A stretch of 64,000 bases of DNA from Eledone cirrhosa. Lineage: Eukaryota. Under the pieces are notes generated by a model. The model was not told the origin of the DNA. It searched no databases and saw only the letters and a program-made list of their open reading frames with translations. The translations under genes were made by a program, and so were the position numbers. Position 1 is the first letter of the stretch; the number at the start of each line of letters is the position of its first letter. Shown piece by piece: positions 39,337 through 51,874 of the stretch. Where the stretch lies: assembly GCA_964016885.1 (NCBI GenBank), contig OZ024754.1:41354001-41418000 (forward strand), read 5' to 3'.

Positions 39337-40680
39337 TTAATGTAAGGTTCTTATATAAAATTATGTATGGCGTTAGGAAGGGCATCCGGCCGTAGAAAAC
39401 CAGCCAGAAACAGTTCTGTATGAGCGAGACACGGTCACCCGACCAATCTTGCCTCAAGTGGGACAAACCCGTCTAACCCATTCTAGCATGGAAGATGGAC
39501 ATTAAACAATGATGATTATGATGATGATGATGATATAAGATAATGGGTGAATCAGTAGCAGAAATGGGGGTGAGGTTATAATTCAGAGACAGATTAGTTT
39601 TTAGTGTTGCTTCATCAGAATTCGTCTGATGTTGTTCCAGTAATGTTAGACAACTCTATTTACCTCCCCAAATAAAGTCTTTATATCTAACACACATGTA
39701 ACATATAAACCAATTTTCTAAGGTGCTGTTATGGTTGCTTTTCTTTGTTGTTGTTGTTTTTGTGTTAATTTTTTTCATGTTATTTTTTTACACACAAATT
39801 CTATATCTCTTTCATGGCGCCTGCTTTAAAAGGAATCTGTGTCTTCTGAATTACTCATCCTTTTTTTTTTTTTTTTACCGAATGCCCTTTGCTCTTTGAT
39901 GGCGGCATCAATCAACTTTATTGTTTGATTGGCTTTGTCATCTTCTTTCACACTATAGTTATTTAGAACACATTCCATCTATTCTGATAACTTTCTAATT
40001 CTTGCATTCATTTATTTAGTTTTTAAAGTTTAAGCAATGAATATGCCAGAAGCATCTTGATGCAGGCTGACCTTTGGAGTCTTACAACTCTAAGCTCTTC
40101 CTTTTGACAACAACAATAACAACTGGAACCCATATTACTGGCAAATGAAGAAGAAGGAGGAGAAGAAGAAGGCAAAGAAGAAGAAGGAGAAGAAGAAGAA
40201 GGCAAGGAAGAAGAAAAAGAAGAAAAAGAAAAAGAAAGAGAAAAAGAAGAAGAAGAAGCAGCTGCTGCTGCTGCTAGAAAAATCTCCGTCAATAGAAACA
40301 ACATCAATAGTATTGTACCTAGTGGGTGTTTTGTTGGAAATGTTCAGCTATGTCATTCATTGAAACGAAGCTATGTCAATGTATTAATAAACTGGGTCCT
40401 CACAAGCCAAACAACTGTCCCGACATGCAGAGGTTGGTCCCACACAAATAACTGCTGAAAATGGTTTCCTTTATTTATTTATTTGGGAGGGTTTCATGTA
40501 AAATACTCATTGATTCTCTCATATTGCCAGTCTAATAATAATAGTAATAATTGTTTCTACTTTTGGCACAAGGCCAGCAATTACCCCAGTGTATTACTGG
40601 TACTTTATTTTATCGACCCCGTAAGGATGAAAGGCAAAGTTTACCTCGGCGGGATTTGAATTCAGAACATAAAGAGACAA

Positions 40681-41152
40681 TAGAACTGGTATATAGGGTG
40701 GTGGTGTGGTAGAACAGGTATATAGGGTGGTGGGGTGGTAGAATTGGTATATAGGGTGGTAGAAATGGTATATAGGGTGGTGGGGTGGTAGAACTGGTAT
40801 ATAGGGTGGTGGTGTGGTAGAACAGGTATATAGGGTGGTGGGGTGGTAGAACTGGTATATAGGGTGGTAGAAATGGTATATAGGGTGGTGGGGTGGTAGA
40901 ACTGGTATATAGGGTGGTGGTGTGGTAGAACAGGTATATAGGGTGGTGGGGTGGTAGAACTGGTATATAGGGTGGTGGGGTGGTAGAACTGGTATATAGG
41001 GTGGTGGGGTGGTAGAACTGGTATATAGGGTGGTGGGGTGGTAGAACTGGTATATAGGGTGGTGGGGTGGTAGAACTGGTATATAGGGTGGTAGAAATGG
41101 TATATAGGGTGGTGGGGTGGTAGAAATGGTATATAGGGTGGTAGGGTGGTAT
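40681..41152. repeat. G-rich 29/21-bp minisatellite with a 108-bp higher-order period
   Basis: TAGAACTGGTATATAGGGTGGTGGGGTGG; the same variant recurs at 40681, 40789 and 40897. Confidence 0.92.
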
Positions 41153-41247
41153 ATATATACAGAGAGTTAACCATGGAGCTCTGATGAAAGGTGAAGTGAC
41201 ACCACAGTTGGTGTACACTACCATCATATCAATATTGTCGTCATAAC

Positions 41248-42088
41248 ACATACACACACATCCTACCATACACACATCCTACCATACACACATACACACA
41301 CATCCTACCATACACACATTCACACACATCCTACCATACACACATACACACACATCCTACCATACACACATACACACATCCTACCATACACACATACACA
41401 CACATCCTACCATACACACACATCCTACCATACACACATACACACACATCCTACCATACACACATACACATCCTACCATACACACATTCACACACATCCT
41501 ACCATACACACATACACACACATCCTACCATACACACACATCCTACCATACACACATACACACACATCCTACCATACACACATACACACACATCCTACCA
41601 TACACACATACACACACATCCTACCATACACACACACACACATCCTACCATACACACATCCTACCATATACACATCCTACCATACACACATTCACACACA
41701 TCCTACCATACACACACATCCTACCATACACACATACACACACATCCTACCATACACATACATCCTACCATACACACATACACACACATCCTACCATACA
41801 CACATACACACACATCCTACCATACACATACATCCTACCATACACACATACATCTACTCTACCATTCACTTGCACACACACAATCATCTCATCACACACA
41901 CACCTTAACATTCACTCGTACACACACACACACACATCCTATCATTAACTTCCACATACACACACATACACACGCTATCATCACACATACACACACACAA
42001 TCACACATACACACACACAATCACACACAATCACACATACACACACTTATCACACACAATCACACACACAATTACAAACACACACACT
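41248..42088. repeat. (CA)n-TCCTACCATA minisatellite grading into (CA)n
   Basis: Directly visible. Confidence 0.92.
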
Positions 42089-42480
42089 AAAAGTGAACCC
42101 CATTAAAAAAAGTGGGGAGGAGAAGATAAAATAAAAAGTAGAACTGGGGTAGAGATATATTTTGACAGAGAAGGAAAAAGATGTCTTTCTTGTTAGAGTG
42201 AAATGATGGAGAGTCTATAAGAAATAATTCAATGGATTAAGTCTAGGTTTTATGAGAATGTTTTATAGTTTTGAAGTGAATATTTGGGGTAGGGAGAGGC
42301 AGAATATATGGCTCTTGCATAGTTGCTGTGTTGACTCATGTGAAGAGGTCAGCTGGAAGTTAGAAAAGGCCTTGGGTGGGCCTCTCAAAATCCTGCTTGT
42401 TGAGAAATATCAACTAGTGCAAAACTGAGAGAAAAGTAGATTGAAGATAATAAATACAACAGCTGATAAGTTAACCTCCC

Positions 42481-42700
42481 ACAGTGTTAGTCAGGAGTTT
42501 GGCCCCTGTACTACCTGGCAATAACCTACAGTGTTAGTCAGGAGTTTGGCCCCTGTACTACCTGGCAATAACCTACAGTGTTAGTCAGGAGTTTAGCCCC
42601 CACCCCCGTACTACCTGACAATAACACACAGTGTTAGTCAGCAGTTTAGCCCCTGTACTACCTGACAATAACACACAGTGTTAGCCAGGAGTTTGGCCCT
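42481..42700. repeat. ~47-bp tandem repeat, 4-5 copies, next to a GGGTTAA end
   Basis: acagtgttagtcaggagtttggcccctgtactacctggcaataacct units. Confidence 0.85.
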
Positions 42701-43662
42701 GAAATGTGTTCATGGAAGGGTTAAGAAGTTATGTTATCATTAACTCCTGCAATGATTTAGAAGAAAATCTCAAAAAAAACAACAGGTTTAGTAATTAAAT
42801 TATTTATAGTATCTTTACAGGTGGACAGATCATTGTGAAACTTCGCAACAAATTCAAGTAAAGGCTTTAACTTTTAATGTGATGCAGTCATTGTGCTGTT
42901 TTGTATTTCTCAACAATAAAGAGAGGCGCAGTTAAACACTTTGCAGAAACAGCAAACAGAAAAGTGTAATAATCATCACTTTACTGATGGAAGGAGGGAT
43001 GCAAATGAAGCAAGCTGAATTGAACTGGGAGGGTCAAAGTTGAGGAACTAGCTCAAAGAACTGAGAGTACTAACGTGATGTGAGCTGAACTGAACTGAGG
43101 GTCAAAATTGAGGAACTAGCTCAGGGGATGGGAAGGGGCAAGAGTGATGTAAGTGAAGCAAGTGGAATTGACCTGCAAATCAAAGTAGAGGAACTAGCTC
43201 AAAGAACTGAGAGCACTGATGTGATGTGAGCTGAATTAAATTGAGAGCCAAAACTGAATAACTTTCTCAAAGAATTGAGGGCATTAATGGTGAAAGTGAT
43301 GTGAGCTGAATTAAGCTGAGAGTCACTTTGAGGAACTCTGAGGGAGAAACTAAATTTAACTGTCCTCCATAACAAACAAGCTTTTATCAATTTAAAAACT
43401 AAGCAAATGAGATGGAGTGGGGGTGCGGGGGAGCAACTGTATAATAAGCTGAACAAACAGCTGTGGGTTAGAGGTTATCAGACTTCATTACAGGCAGGCA
43501 ACAAATGAAGAAAAATATTAATAAAATAACTAGTCAAGAGTAATGTTGTATTTGGATAAATTCCCTTTTTGAGAGAGAGGGGAGGGGAAAGAGAGAGAGA
43601 GTGGGAGAGAGAGGGGATAGAGAGGGGGGGAAGAGAGTGAGAGAGAGACGAGAGGGAGAATG

Positions 43663-43807
<145 letters not shown>

Positions 43808-43865
43808 AGGGGTCGGGGTGGGGGAAATAAACTGTTTATCTTGGTTTTAACCAATTGAAAAAGGA

Positions 43866-43901
<36 letters not shown>

Positions 43902-44546
43902 AAAGTACAGTAAAAAATAGTTGAAAAGAAATATAAAAAAACTGCTTATTAGGCGACCTCCGTTTGACCTTTCAGTATTAAGGGGGGGGGGGCAGCATTT
44001 AGTGCAGATTATTGTCAATAAGATTAACTTGATCATAGCTGATTACTGTGTTTTAGACTTAATCACAAGGCCAGCAACTTTTTTTAGGTTGGGTAGGGGG
44101 ACGGTGGAGGGAAAGTCGATTAAATCAACCCCAGTACATTACTGGTACTATATTTTATCGACCCCAGCAAGGATAAAAAGGCAAAGCTAACCTCGGTGGG
44201 ATTTGAACTTAGACCATAAAAGATTGTAACTCTGTGGTAAAGCATGGTGTCTGACGCTCTACCGATTTTGCCAATCATAATAATAATGATAATAAAATTA
44301 GGACAATGGTGAATATGATGATGGCATGGATGATGATGATGATGAAAGACCACTCAAAGAATTAGCCCCTCCTGTCCACACACACACACACACATACTGA
44401 CACATACACACACACTAACACACACACACAAACAAACAAACGCACACACACTCAAACATACACACCTCCACACACACCTCCACACACCCACGCACACACA
44501 CACACACATACACACCTCCACACACACCTCAAAACACACACACAGA

Positions 44547-44586
<40 letters not shown>

Positions 44587-44928
44587 CCTCCAAACACACC
44601 CACACACAAACACACACACCTCAAAACACACACGCGCACGCACACACCAACACCTCCAAACACACACGCACTAACACTAACACACACCCTTTCTTGGATT
44701 CTGTTCTCCTGAAATGTTGTCAGTTGAAAGAAATGAAGCCAACATGAAAAATGTTGCAAGATAAAAGAATGGTTGTTTCCACTGCCATAACTGCGATATG
44801 CCATTCAACCATAGAACATTCCAAGCAGTTATGTTAATGTGTCATCAAGCCACACAACTTACACAACATCAAATAATTCTCTTCTTTTTTGTGTGTGTGA
44901 AGAAGGGGTCTTTTTTTTTTTTTTTAAA

Positions 44929-45425
44929 AAAACCTTTTGATACCATCCTGGTCAAAACCATCTCTGCTTCTATGAAATAAAATCACCCATTTTAAAGGGT
45001 TCCTATATAAATTAAAATCCTCCAACAATTTTATATAAGAAATATATATTAAGTTAAAAGGATCGATTGACTTTTGTCAAATTGGACCAAGGAAACAATG
45101 TTTCCATTAGTCTTTCCAATTGCTAATACTATTTATCGGTCGCAACTCCAGATAGGAGCAACGTGAAATAAAGTGTCTTGCTCAAGGACATAACACATCG
45201 TCCTGTCCGGGAAATGAACTCACAACCTCACGATTGCGAATCCAATACTCTAACACTCAGCCACACGCCTTAGTAATGAAATAATTAATGTCTTAGTAAT
45301 GAAATAATTAATAATTCTAGTAAATCACCCAAACATTATTCATTAATTAATTGAAATAGGCTGTATTTCATTAATTAATTGAAATAGGATGCATTTCATT
45401 AGAGATGTGGCTGTGAAAAGGTTAA
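44929..45425. mobile_element. Older piggyBac-like MITE with an inserted CORE-SINE (45062-45270)
   Basis: Starts AACCTTTTGATACC and ends GAAAAGGTTAA; right part is similar to the reverse complement of 39001-39100; related copy at 45740-45987. Confidence 0.6.
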
Positions 45426-46380
45426 AATAGTATGGAACCTCTGTTTGAAAGAAGGGAGAAATTGAAAGTTGCAGTGTTTGTGTTTTTCTAAGGGTGCTTG
45501 TGAAGTACATGAAGTTACCATGATTTGGAAATTTTAATGGTACTTTGTTTAATGGACCTTGGAAGGATGAAAAGAAGAATTGACCTCAAACAGATGAAAA
45601 GAAGAACTGACCTCGGAAGGATGAAAAGCAGAATTGACATCAAGGAAAATAACCAATGTCGCAAAGTATTTTGTTGGATGCTCTAATGATTCTGATTGGC
45701 ATAAGGTCTTAAAATGGGAAAGGAAGGAATTATCTGCTAAAGCTTTTGATACCAAACTGCCTGAATCTACCTCCGGCTCTATGATACAAAGCTGTTCATT
45801 TTAAATTGCTTATATTTACCTAAAAAAACCTTCCATCAAAATTTTGTGTAAGAACCTTTGTTAAGTTATGTTCCATGTACGAACCCAATAATGAAAAAAT
45901 TAGATATATTACTAAATCTCTCCAAATCTTATTTTCAAAATAAATTTAAAATCACAGGCATTAGAAATATGGAAACAAAAGGGTTAAAGTGTGTATTTTA
46001 CTGACCCTAAAAGATGAACATTAAGATCAGACAGGGGTTTAACTCAGAACCTAACTAAATACCAGACAGTATTTAATCCAGTGCTAATATCTATTTTATT
46101 CCTTGACACAATAAAATGCTTTGATGGTTCTACGAGATCCTCACAAAAATATTTCTTTTTATCTTTGATTTTATTTTCACTGAAACCTCAATATAACTAA
46201 AATTAAATCTGACTATTTTATTTTATTTTAGGTGGGGTGAAGGGGCATGGACTTGTTGGAAAATCTGCAAAAACAAAATAAAACCAAGGCTATTATTGAC
46301 AAGTCATGAAAACTTGAAAGCTTCTTCAACACAGTAGTGAACCTGGTTGTACAACTAAGTTATTATCTATAAAACCACAA

Positions 46381-46634
46381 AGTGTGTGTGACAGCTCACA
46401 CCTATGCAGGTTTAGTGGCCTCCTCCAAGGTATATATCGCTGGAGGTGTCTTGGGTGATTTAATGATAGGGACCCCAGTCCCAATCATCTCATTTCTACA
46501 GCTGAGTAAACTGGAGCAACGTGAAATAAAGTGTCTTGCTCAAGGAAACAACACATCACCCGGTCTGAGAATTGAACTCACAACCTTTCGATTCCAAGCC
46601 CAATGCTCTAACCACTAAGCCATGCACCTTCACT
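46381..46634 (-). mobile_element. CORE-SINE family B with a (CA)n-ending tail
   Basis: A-box TGGCTTAGTGG, B-box GAGTTCAATTC, CORE CCTTGAGCAAGACACTTTA..CAGCTGTAGAAATGAG. Confidence 0.88.
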
Positions 46635-46860
46635 ACAGCAATAAACTACTAACTCTCTCTTTTGGTAAGAATTTCAACATCTTTTGTAAAGTAAAATTAC
46701 ATTCCTTCCAAGACACTGAAAACAGAATAATATCAGATTGAGATTTCCCAGAATTTTGCCATAAAGAATGATAAAACTTTAAACTTTACTGAATGTCTAT
46801 AAAGATCAGACTTTGTGTAGTATTGTGTGGACATATTCAACGCTAAGCCAACCACTGCTA

Positions 46861-47123
46861 AGTGAAGGCGCATGGTTTAGTGGTTAGAGAATTAGGCTTG
46901 CAATCGAAAGGTTGTGAGTTCAATTCTCGGACTAGGTGATGTGTTGTTTCCTTGAGCAAGACACTTTATTTCACGTTGCTCCAGTTAACTCAGCTGTAGA
47001 AATGAGATGATAGGACTGGGATCCCTATCATTAAATTACCCAAGACACCTCCAATGAGATATACCTTGGAGGAGGCCAGCTAAACCTGCATAGGTGTGAG
47101 CTGTCACACACACACACACACAC
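46861..47123 (+). mobile_element. CORE-SINE family B with a (CA)n-ending tail
   Basis: Same family as 46381 in the opposite orientation; candidate TSD CACTGCTAAG at 46853 and 47123. Confidence 0.88.
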
Positions 47124-47769
47124 ACTGCTAAGAGAATGAAGTTAGAGAAGGAACAGTCTAATGAATACTGCTTCCACCATTCTTATGAATCTAACAAACC
47201 AAACTAATATAATTACAGATACAAGACAAACAAATCTTTTTGCTCGGAGAAATGAGGTTTTTTGGGGTTTTTTTTTTTCAATGGGGTTTATTTCACCTTT
47301 TAAAGTCTTCCCTAATGAAACAACATCAAGAACAAAAGACTGCCGTGACAAAGGATTTGACTGATGTCCGAGGCAACATGAATAATATTAAAAGGAGGGG
47401 AGGGGACAAGATCCAAAACATTCATCAGAATTTTTAAACAAAAATAAAATGAAATAATACTTTAAAAAATAAACTAAAGCCCAGAATTATCTGTTCATTA
47501 TAAAACTAGAGAAGTGTTAAAAAATTGAACATCAATTAAATTGACCTCTCCCAAACCAAATGTTCTTTTTTTTTGTTTTCACTTGGTAGATCAGAAGTAG
47601 GAACCAATGTCCATGGTGTTCTCAAGGTCACTCCAAGAATGAAGAGGTTAAGGTTTTGTTTGAAATATTGCAGGTTCACACCTTTTGAGAAAGAGAACAT
47701 GAACGGGGAAAGGGGTTTCAGAGGGATAACATTTTGTGGAGGAAGGATCTGACACAATAAATAGAGAGA

Positions 47770-48025
47770 GGATTGTTGGGGGGTGTCAGTGGAGGAAGGA
47801 TTTGGCACAGTGGGTGGAGAGGGGATTGTAGGGGGTGGTATGAGTGGAGGATGGATTAGGCACAGTGGGTGGAGAGGGGATTGTAGGGGGTGGTATGGGT
47901 GGAGGATGGATTAGGCACAGTGGGTGGAGGGGATTGTAGGGGGTGGTATGAGTGGAGGATGGATTAGGCACAGTGGACGGAGAGAAGAGTGAGTAGGGGG
48001 TGCCTGAGTGGGGGTGGTATGAGTG
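47770..48025. repeat. G-rich ~55-bp tandem repeat
   Basis: ggattaggcacagtgggtggagaggggattgtagggggtggtatgagtggaggat, about 4 copies. Confidence 0.85.
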
Positions 48026-48249
48026 CAGCAAGTTCCAAGGAGTAATTTACTCAAATTATTTCAATTATTAATGTAACATTTCTAACATAAAAGGTTTGTA
48101 TATAATTCTCTACTTTTGGCACAAGGCCAGCAATCACCCCAGTGTATTACTGGTACTTTATTTTATCGACCCTATAAGGATGAAAGGCAAAGTTAACCTC
48201 AGTGGGATTTGAACTCAGAATGGCAAGGGCCATAACTATGCGTCAAAGC

Positions 48250-48456
48250 TGAGTCCTCAGATATGCCTTCCAGAGGTTCCTATCAGAAACAACCATCTCC
48301 AAATGATCTGGCTAGATCCCTATGCAAGACCAACCAATCCCATGGATGTTATCCAACCACCTTGCTTCCGATCAACCTCTGGGTCTCCCTCCAGTGCCAG
48401 TTTGGTTTTGCCCATAAAATCTATCCTACGATTCTTTCTCAAGACATTCTAATCAC
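48250..48456 (-). mobile_element. Decayed Expander/Rex3-like RTE 3' coding fragment
   Basis: With stops and a frameshift reads VIRMS*ERI..ILWAKP..RPRG..RWLDNIHGIGWSCIGI*P..LEMVVSDRNLWK. Confidence 0.65.
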
Positions 48457-49867
48457 TCATTCAAAGATATTTCTTAAGAAAAGTCAAGAAATTGACTATT
48501 TTTTTTTCTTCTTAAAATCTTTGGGGAAAAAAGTTTCAAAAAGCTGCTTTATTGGAGAAATGAAAGTCATTGTTCATTATAAACCATTCTCTACTCTTTG
48601 TCTGCTATTCCTAATTGTATTCACACATTCACAAACAATATTACATCTATTTTCTATCTTTTCAATATCATATTCCACCCACCAAAATTCTCAGTCAAGC
48701 GAAATTTCCTCATACTCTACACCACCACCACCACCACCACCACCATCATGATCACCACTGTCATCTTCACCAGAACTACCACCACAGTCACCACTACCAC
48801 TACCACCACCACAGTCACCACTACCACTACCACCACCATGACCACCACCATCACCACAGTCACCACCATCATCATCACCACTATACTCATCTTCATAGCA
48901 TCATCAATATCAATAACATACTTATCAACATTATCACCACCACCCCCACTACCATAACCACCAACATCACCAACACCACCACACTACCACCACCACCAAC
49001 ACCACCACAGTCACCACTACCATCACCAACAACACCACCACCACCACAGTCACCACTACACCACTACCATCACCACCACCATCACTACCATCACCACCAC
49101 CACCACACCACCACCACACCACTACTACCACCACCATCACTACCATTACCACCACCACACCACTACCACCACCACCACCACCACCATCACTACCATTACC
49201 ACCACCACACCACTACTACCACCACCATCACCAACACAGTCACCGCTACCATCACCACCACCACCACCACCATATAAATTAAATAAAGCCTATGAATACT
49301 CTACAAAGTCTAAGATAGACAAATGGAATAAGTTAAAAAGAAAGAAAGAGTTCACAGTTAATTTCATTCGGGTTTGATAATATGAATAAAATTCAAACAT
49401 TGATTGTCTCTCGGAAAAAATACCTGACGACCTTTATTTCTAAATAAAAGTAGACATCATCACCGTCATCACCATTTAACATCCATTTTTCCATGCTAGC
49501 ATGGGTTAGACGAGTTGCCCTGTTATGATGACCATGTTTTGCTCATACAGGACTGGTTTTGGCTTGGTTTCTACGGCTATATATATATATATATATATGT
49601 TTGTTTCTACTTTAGGCACAAGGCCAGCAATTACCCCCAGTGCATTACTGGTACTTTATTTTATCGACCCCGTAAGGATGAAAGGCAAAGTTATCCTCGG
49701 CGGGATTTGAACTCAGACTGTAAAGGGACGTAACTATGCTAGAAAACATGGCGTCCAACCCTCTACCGATCCTGCCATGTCGTACCCTTACAAGAAAGGA
49801 AAAGCAGACATGAAATGATGATGATTATATATCATCATCATTTTTTATCTGATAAACATATATATAT

Positions 49868-50056
49868 ATATAAGTTTATCCCAGGTTCAATCGGGGGTAA
49901 CCACAGTAAGTAAGGTACTCAATACATAGTAGAGTATAAATATTTAAAATAGAAATGTCTTCTACAGGACTAGAACTGTTTCATTCGGGAGAAATCATCA
50001 GGAAGCCCCGAATTAAACAGTTCTAGTCCTGTAGAAGCCATTTCTATATTAAATAT
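49868..50056. mobile_element. Fold-back Penelope-like remnant, family 4 (arms 49940-49989 and 50007-50056)
   Basis: 50-bp inverted arms; left extension carries the gtactcaatac..gtagagt motif shared with family 2; starts in (TA)n. Confidence 0.65.
49957..50007 (-). ncRNA. Type I hammerhead ribozyme motif
   Basis: Minus strand reads GGCTTC-CTGATGA-TTTCTCCCGAAT-GAA-ACAG TTCTAGTC CTGT-A-GAAGAC; GUA triplet; stem II is weak (TTC/GAA). Confidence 0.65.
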
Positions 50057-50069
50057 ACATACATACATA

Positions 50070-50400
50070 CAAGGGATGACAATTTCTTTTCTTTTACAAC
50101 CTTGCCACCAGGAAGGTGGCCGGTCAAAATAAATATACTCAAAATTAAGAGAAAGAGATAACAAACATCGGGTTATATACCAACCCGCTTGGACCAAAGT
50201 ATGACTGAACTTGGATTTGTGGACAAAGAGCACAACTCCCTAATTCATAGTCTACAAATGGCTGCGATAGCTGGCACCATCAAAATTTGAAAAACATTCT
50301 TGCGATTCAAGGGATGACAATTTCTTTTCTTTTATAACCTTGCCACCAGGAAGGTGGCCGGTCAAAAAAATATACTCGAAATTAAGATAAAGAGATAACA
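50070..50400 (+). mobile_element. Two tandem 3' ends of an R4/Dong-like (RLE-type) non-LTR retrotransposon
   Basis: 50165-50317 reads SGYIPTRLDQSMTELGFVDKEHNSLIHSLQMAAIAGTIKI*KTFLRFKG*, like the GYIP..LGF..LQ....GTxKIxKTF C-terminus; ~93-bp 3'UTR repeated at 50070 and 50308; (TACA)n on both sides. Confidence 0.65.
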
Positions 50401-50487
50401 TACATACATACATACATACATATATATTTCGTTTTTGAATTGTTTTTATTGGCAGCATGACCCTTCTAAAGTGTATATATATATAAT

Positions 50488-50819
50488 GGAGGCACATGGC
50501 TTAGTGGTTAGAGCATTGGCCTTGCAATCGAAAGGTTGTGAGTTCAATTCTCAGACCGGGTGATGTGTTGTTTCCTTGAGCAAGGCACTTTATTTCACAT
50601 TGCTCCAGTTTACTCAGCTGTAGAAATGAGATGATAGGGACTGGGGTCCCTATCATTCCACTGCAAAGTGGTCGTGGAGGTGCCACGGCAAAAAAGCACC
50701 CAGCACTCACTGTAAATGAGGTTGGTGTTAGGAAGGGCATCCAGCTGTAGAAATCAAGACAGAATCAGTTCCCGTCCCACCCTTGCAAGCAGGGAAACGC
50801 AGACGTATGATGATGATGA

Positions 50820-50822
<3 letters not shown>
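50488..50822 (+). mobile_element. CORE-SINE family B with an RTE-derived tail
   Basis: Same head and CORE as 46861; tail ends CCCGTCCCACCCTTGCAAGCAGGGAAA..(GAT)n as in the RTE LINE. Confidence 0.88.
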
Positions 50823-50868
<46 letters not shown>

Positions 50869-51140
50869 ACAATATACATTACATTGAACATGTGGACTAG
50901 TATTGACAAAGAGCTCAATGTGTGATGTGTGAATGATCAGAGACAACTGGGTAGTATAATAAATATTGTATTTCTCTATTACATCACTATCGTATGATTG
51001 TTTCAATGTTACACAATAACTAAAGTGATAATCTCAGGATATCTTTACCGAAATAAACGTCTATCACATTAAGACTCACAATATAACTGTTCAGTTTCAT
51101 TGCTTCTATTCACGATACAAGTGACTATTATATCTGCCGT

Positions 51141-51208
<68 letters not shown>

Positions 51209-51323
51209 AATGGAGTAGACATTACAATTTAACGGGAGGAAACATAACTGTACATTACCACTGATGATGTCACAGATGTGTGATGAAAGAACTTTGACTA
51301 TATATATATATATATATATATAT

Positions 51324-51356
<33 letters not shown>

Positions 51357-51401
51357 TTCGTTTAACGTCCATTTTCTACGCTAGCATGGGGTAGATATGG
51401 G

Positions 51402-51441
<40 letters not shown>

Positions 51442-51874
51442 CTATATTCTTAACTGTTTGTCAATCTGATTGCCAGCTAAATTAACTATAGGGATATAAA
51501 ATATACAGAAGCGAAAACCAATCCGAATCAAACAGTGAGTTTTATCATTATTTCTGGCAATATTATAACAATATGACCCTCCCCCAAATATAACAATGTG
51601 GGGCGGAGGGAGACAGCGATTTGGCAGAGTCATTTAAATGTGGGGTAGCATGCTTTGTGGTAGTTATTTCAGCTCTCTGCTCTCTGAGTTCAAATCCCGT
51701 CAAGGTCAACTTTGCCTTTCAACTATTTGAGGTTGATAATAAAAAGTACCAGTCAAGTACTGGGGTTAATTCTTCCTCTATATCTCTCTCTCAGATCCAT
51801 TCTTTCCCTTTCTATTCTTCTCTAGAAGGTATCTGCTCTATACAGACCTGAAGAGGATAAGGACTCCACCAGGT

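Noticed and set aside
40023-40450. Glu/Lys-rich or Ser-rich ORFs
   Set aside because: Built on a (GAA)n tract; no convincing splice sites or domain.
46865-46935. tRNA genes at SINE heads (also 50491, 52874, 20260)
   Set aside because: A and B boxes are present, but there is no acceptor stem and they continue into SINE bodies.
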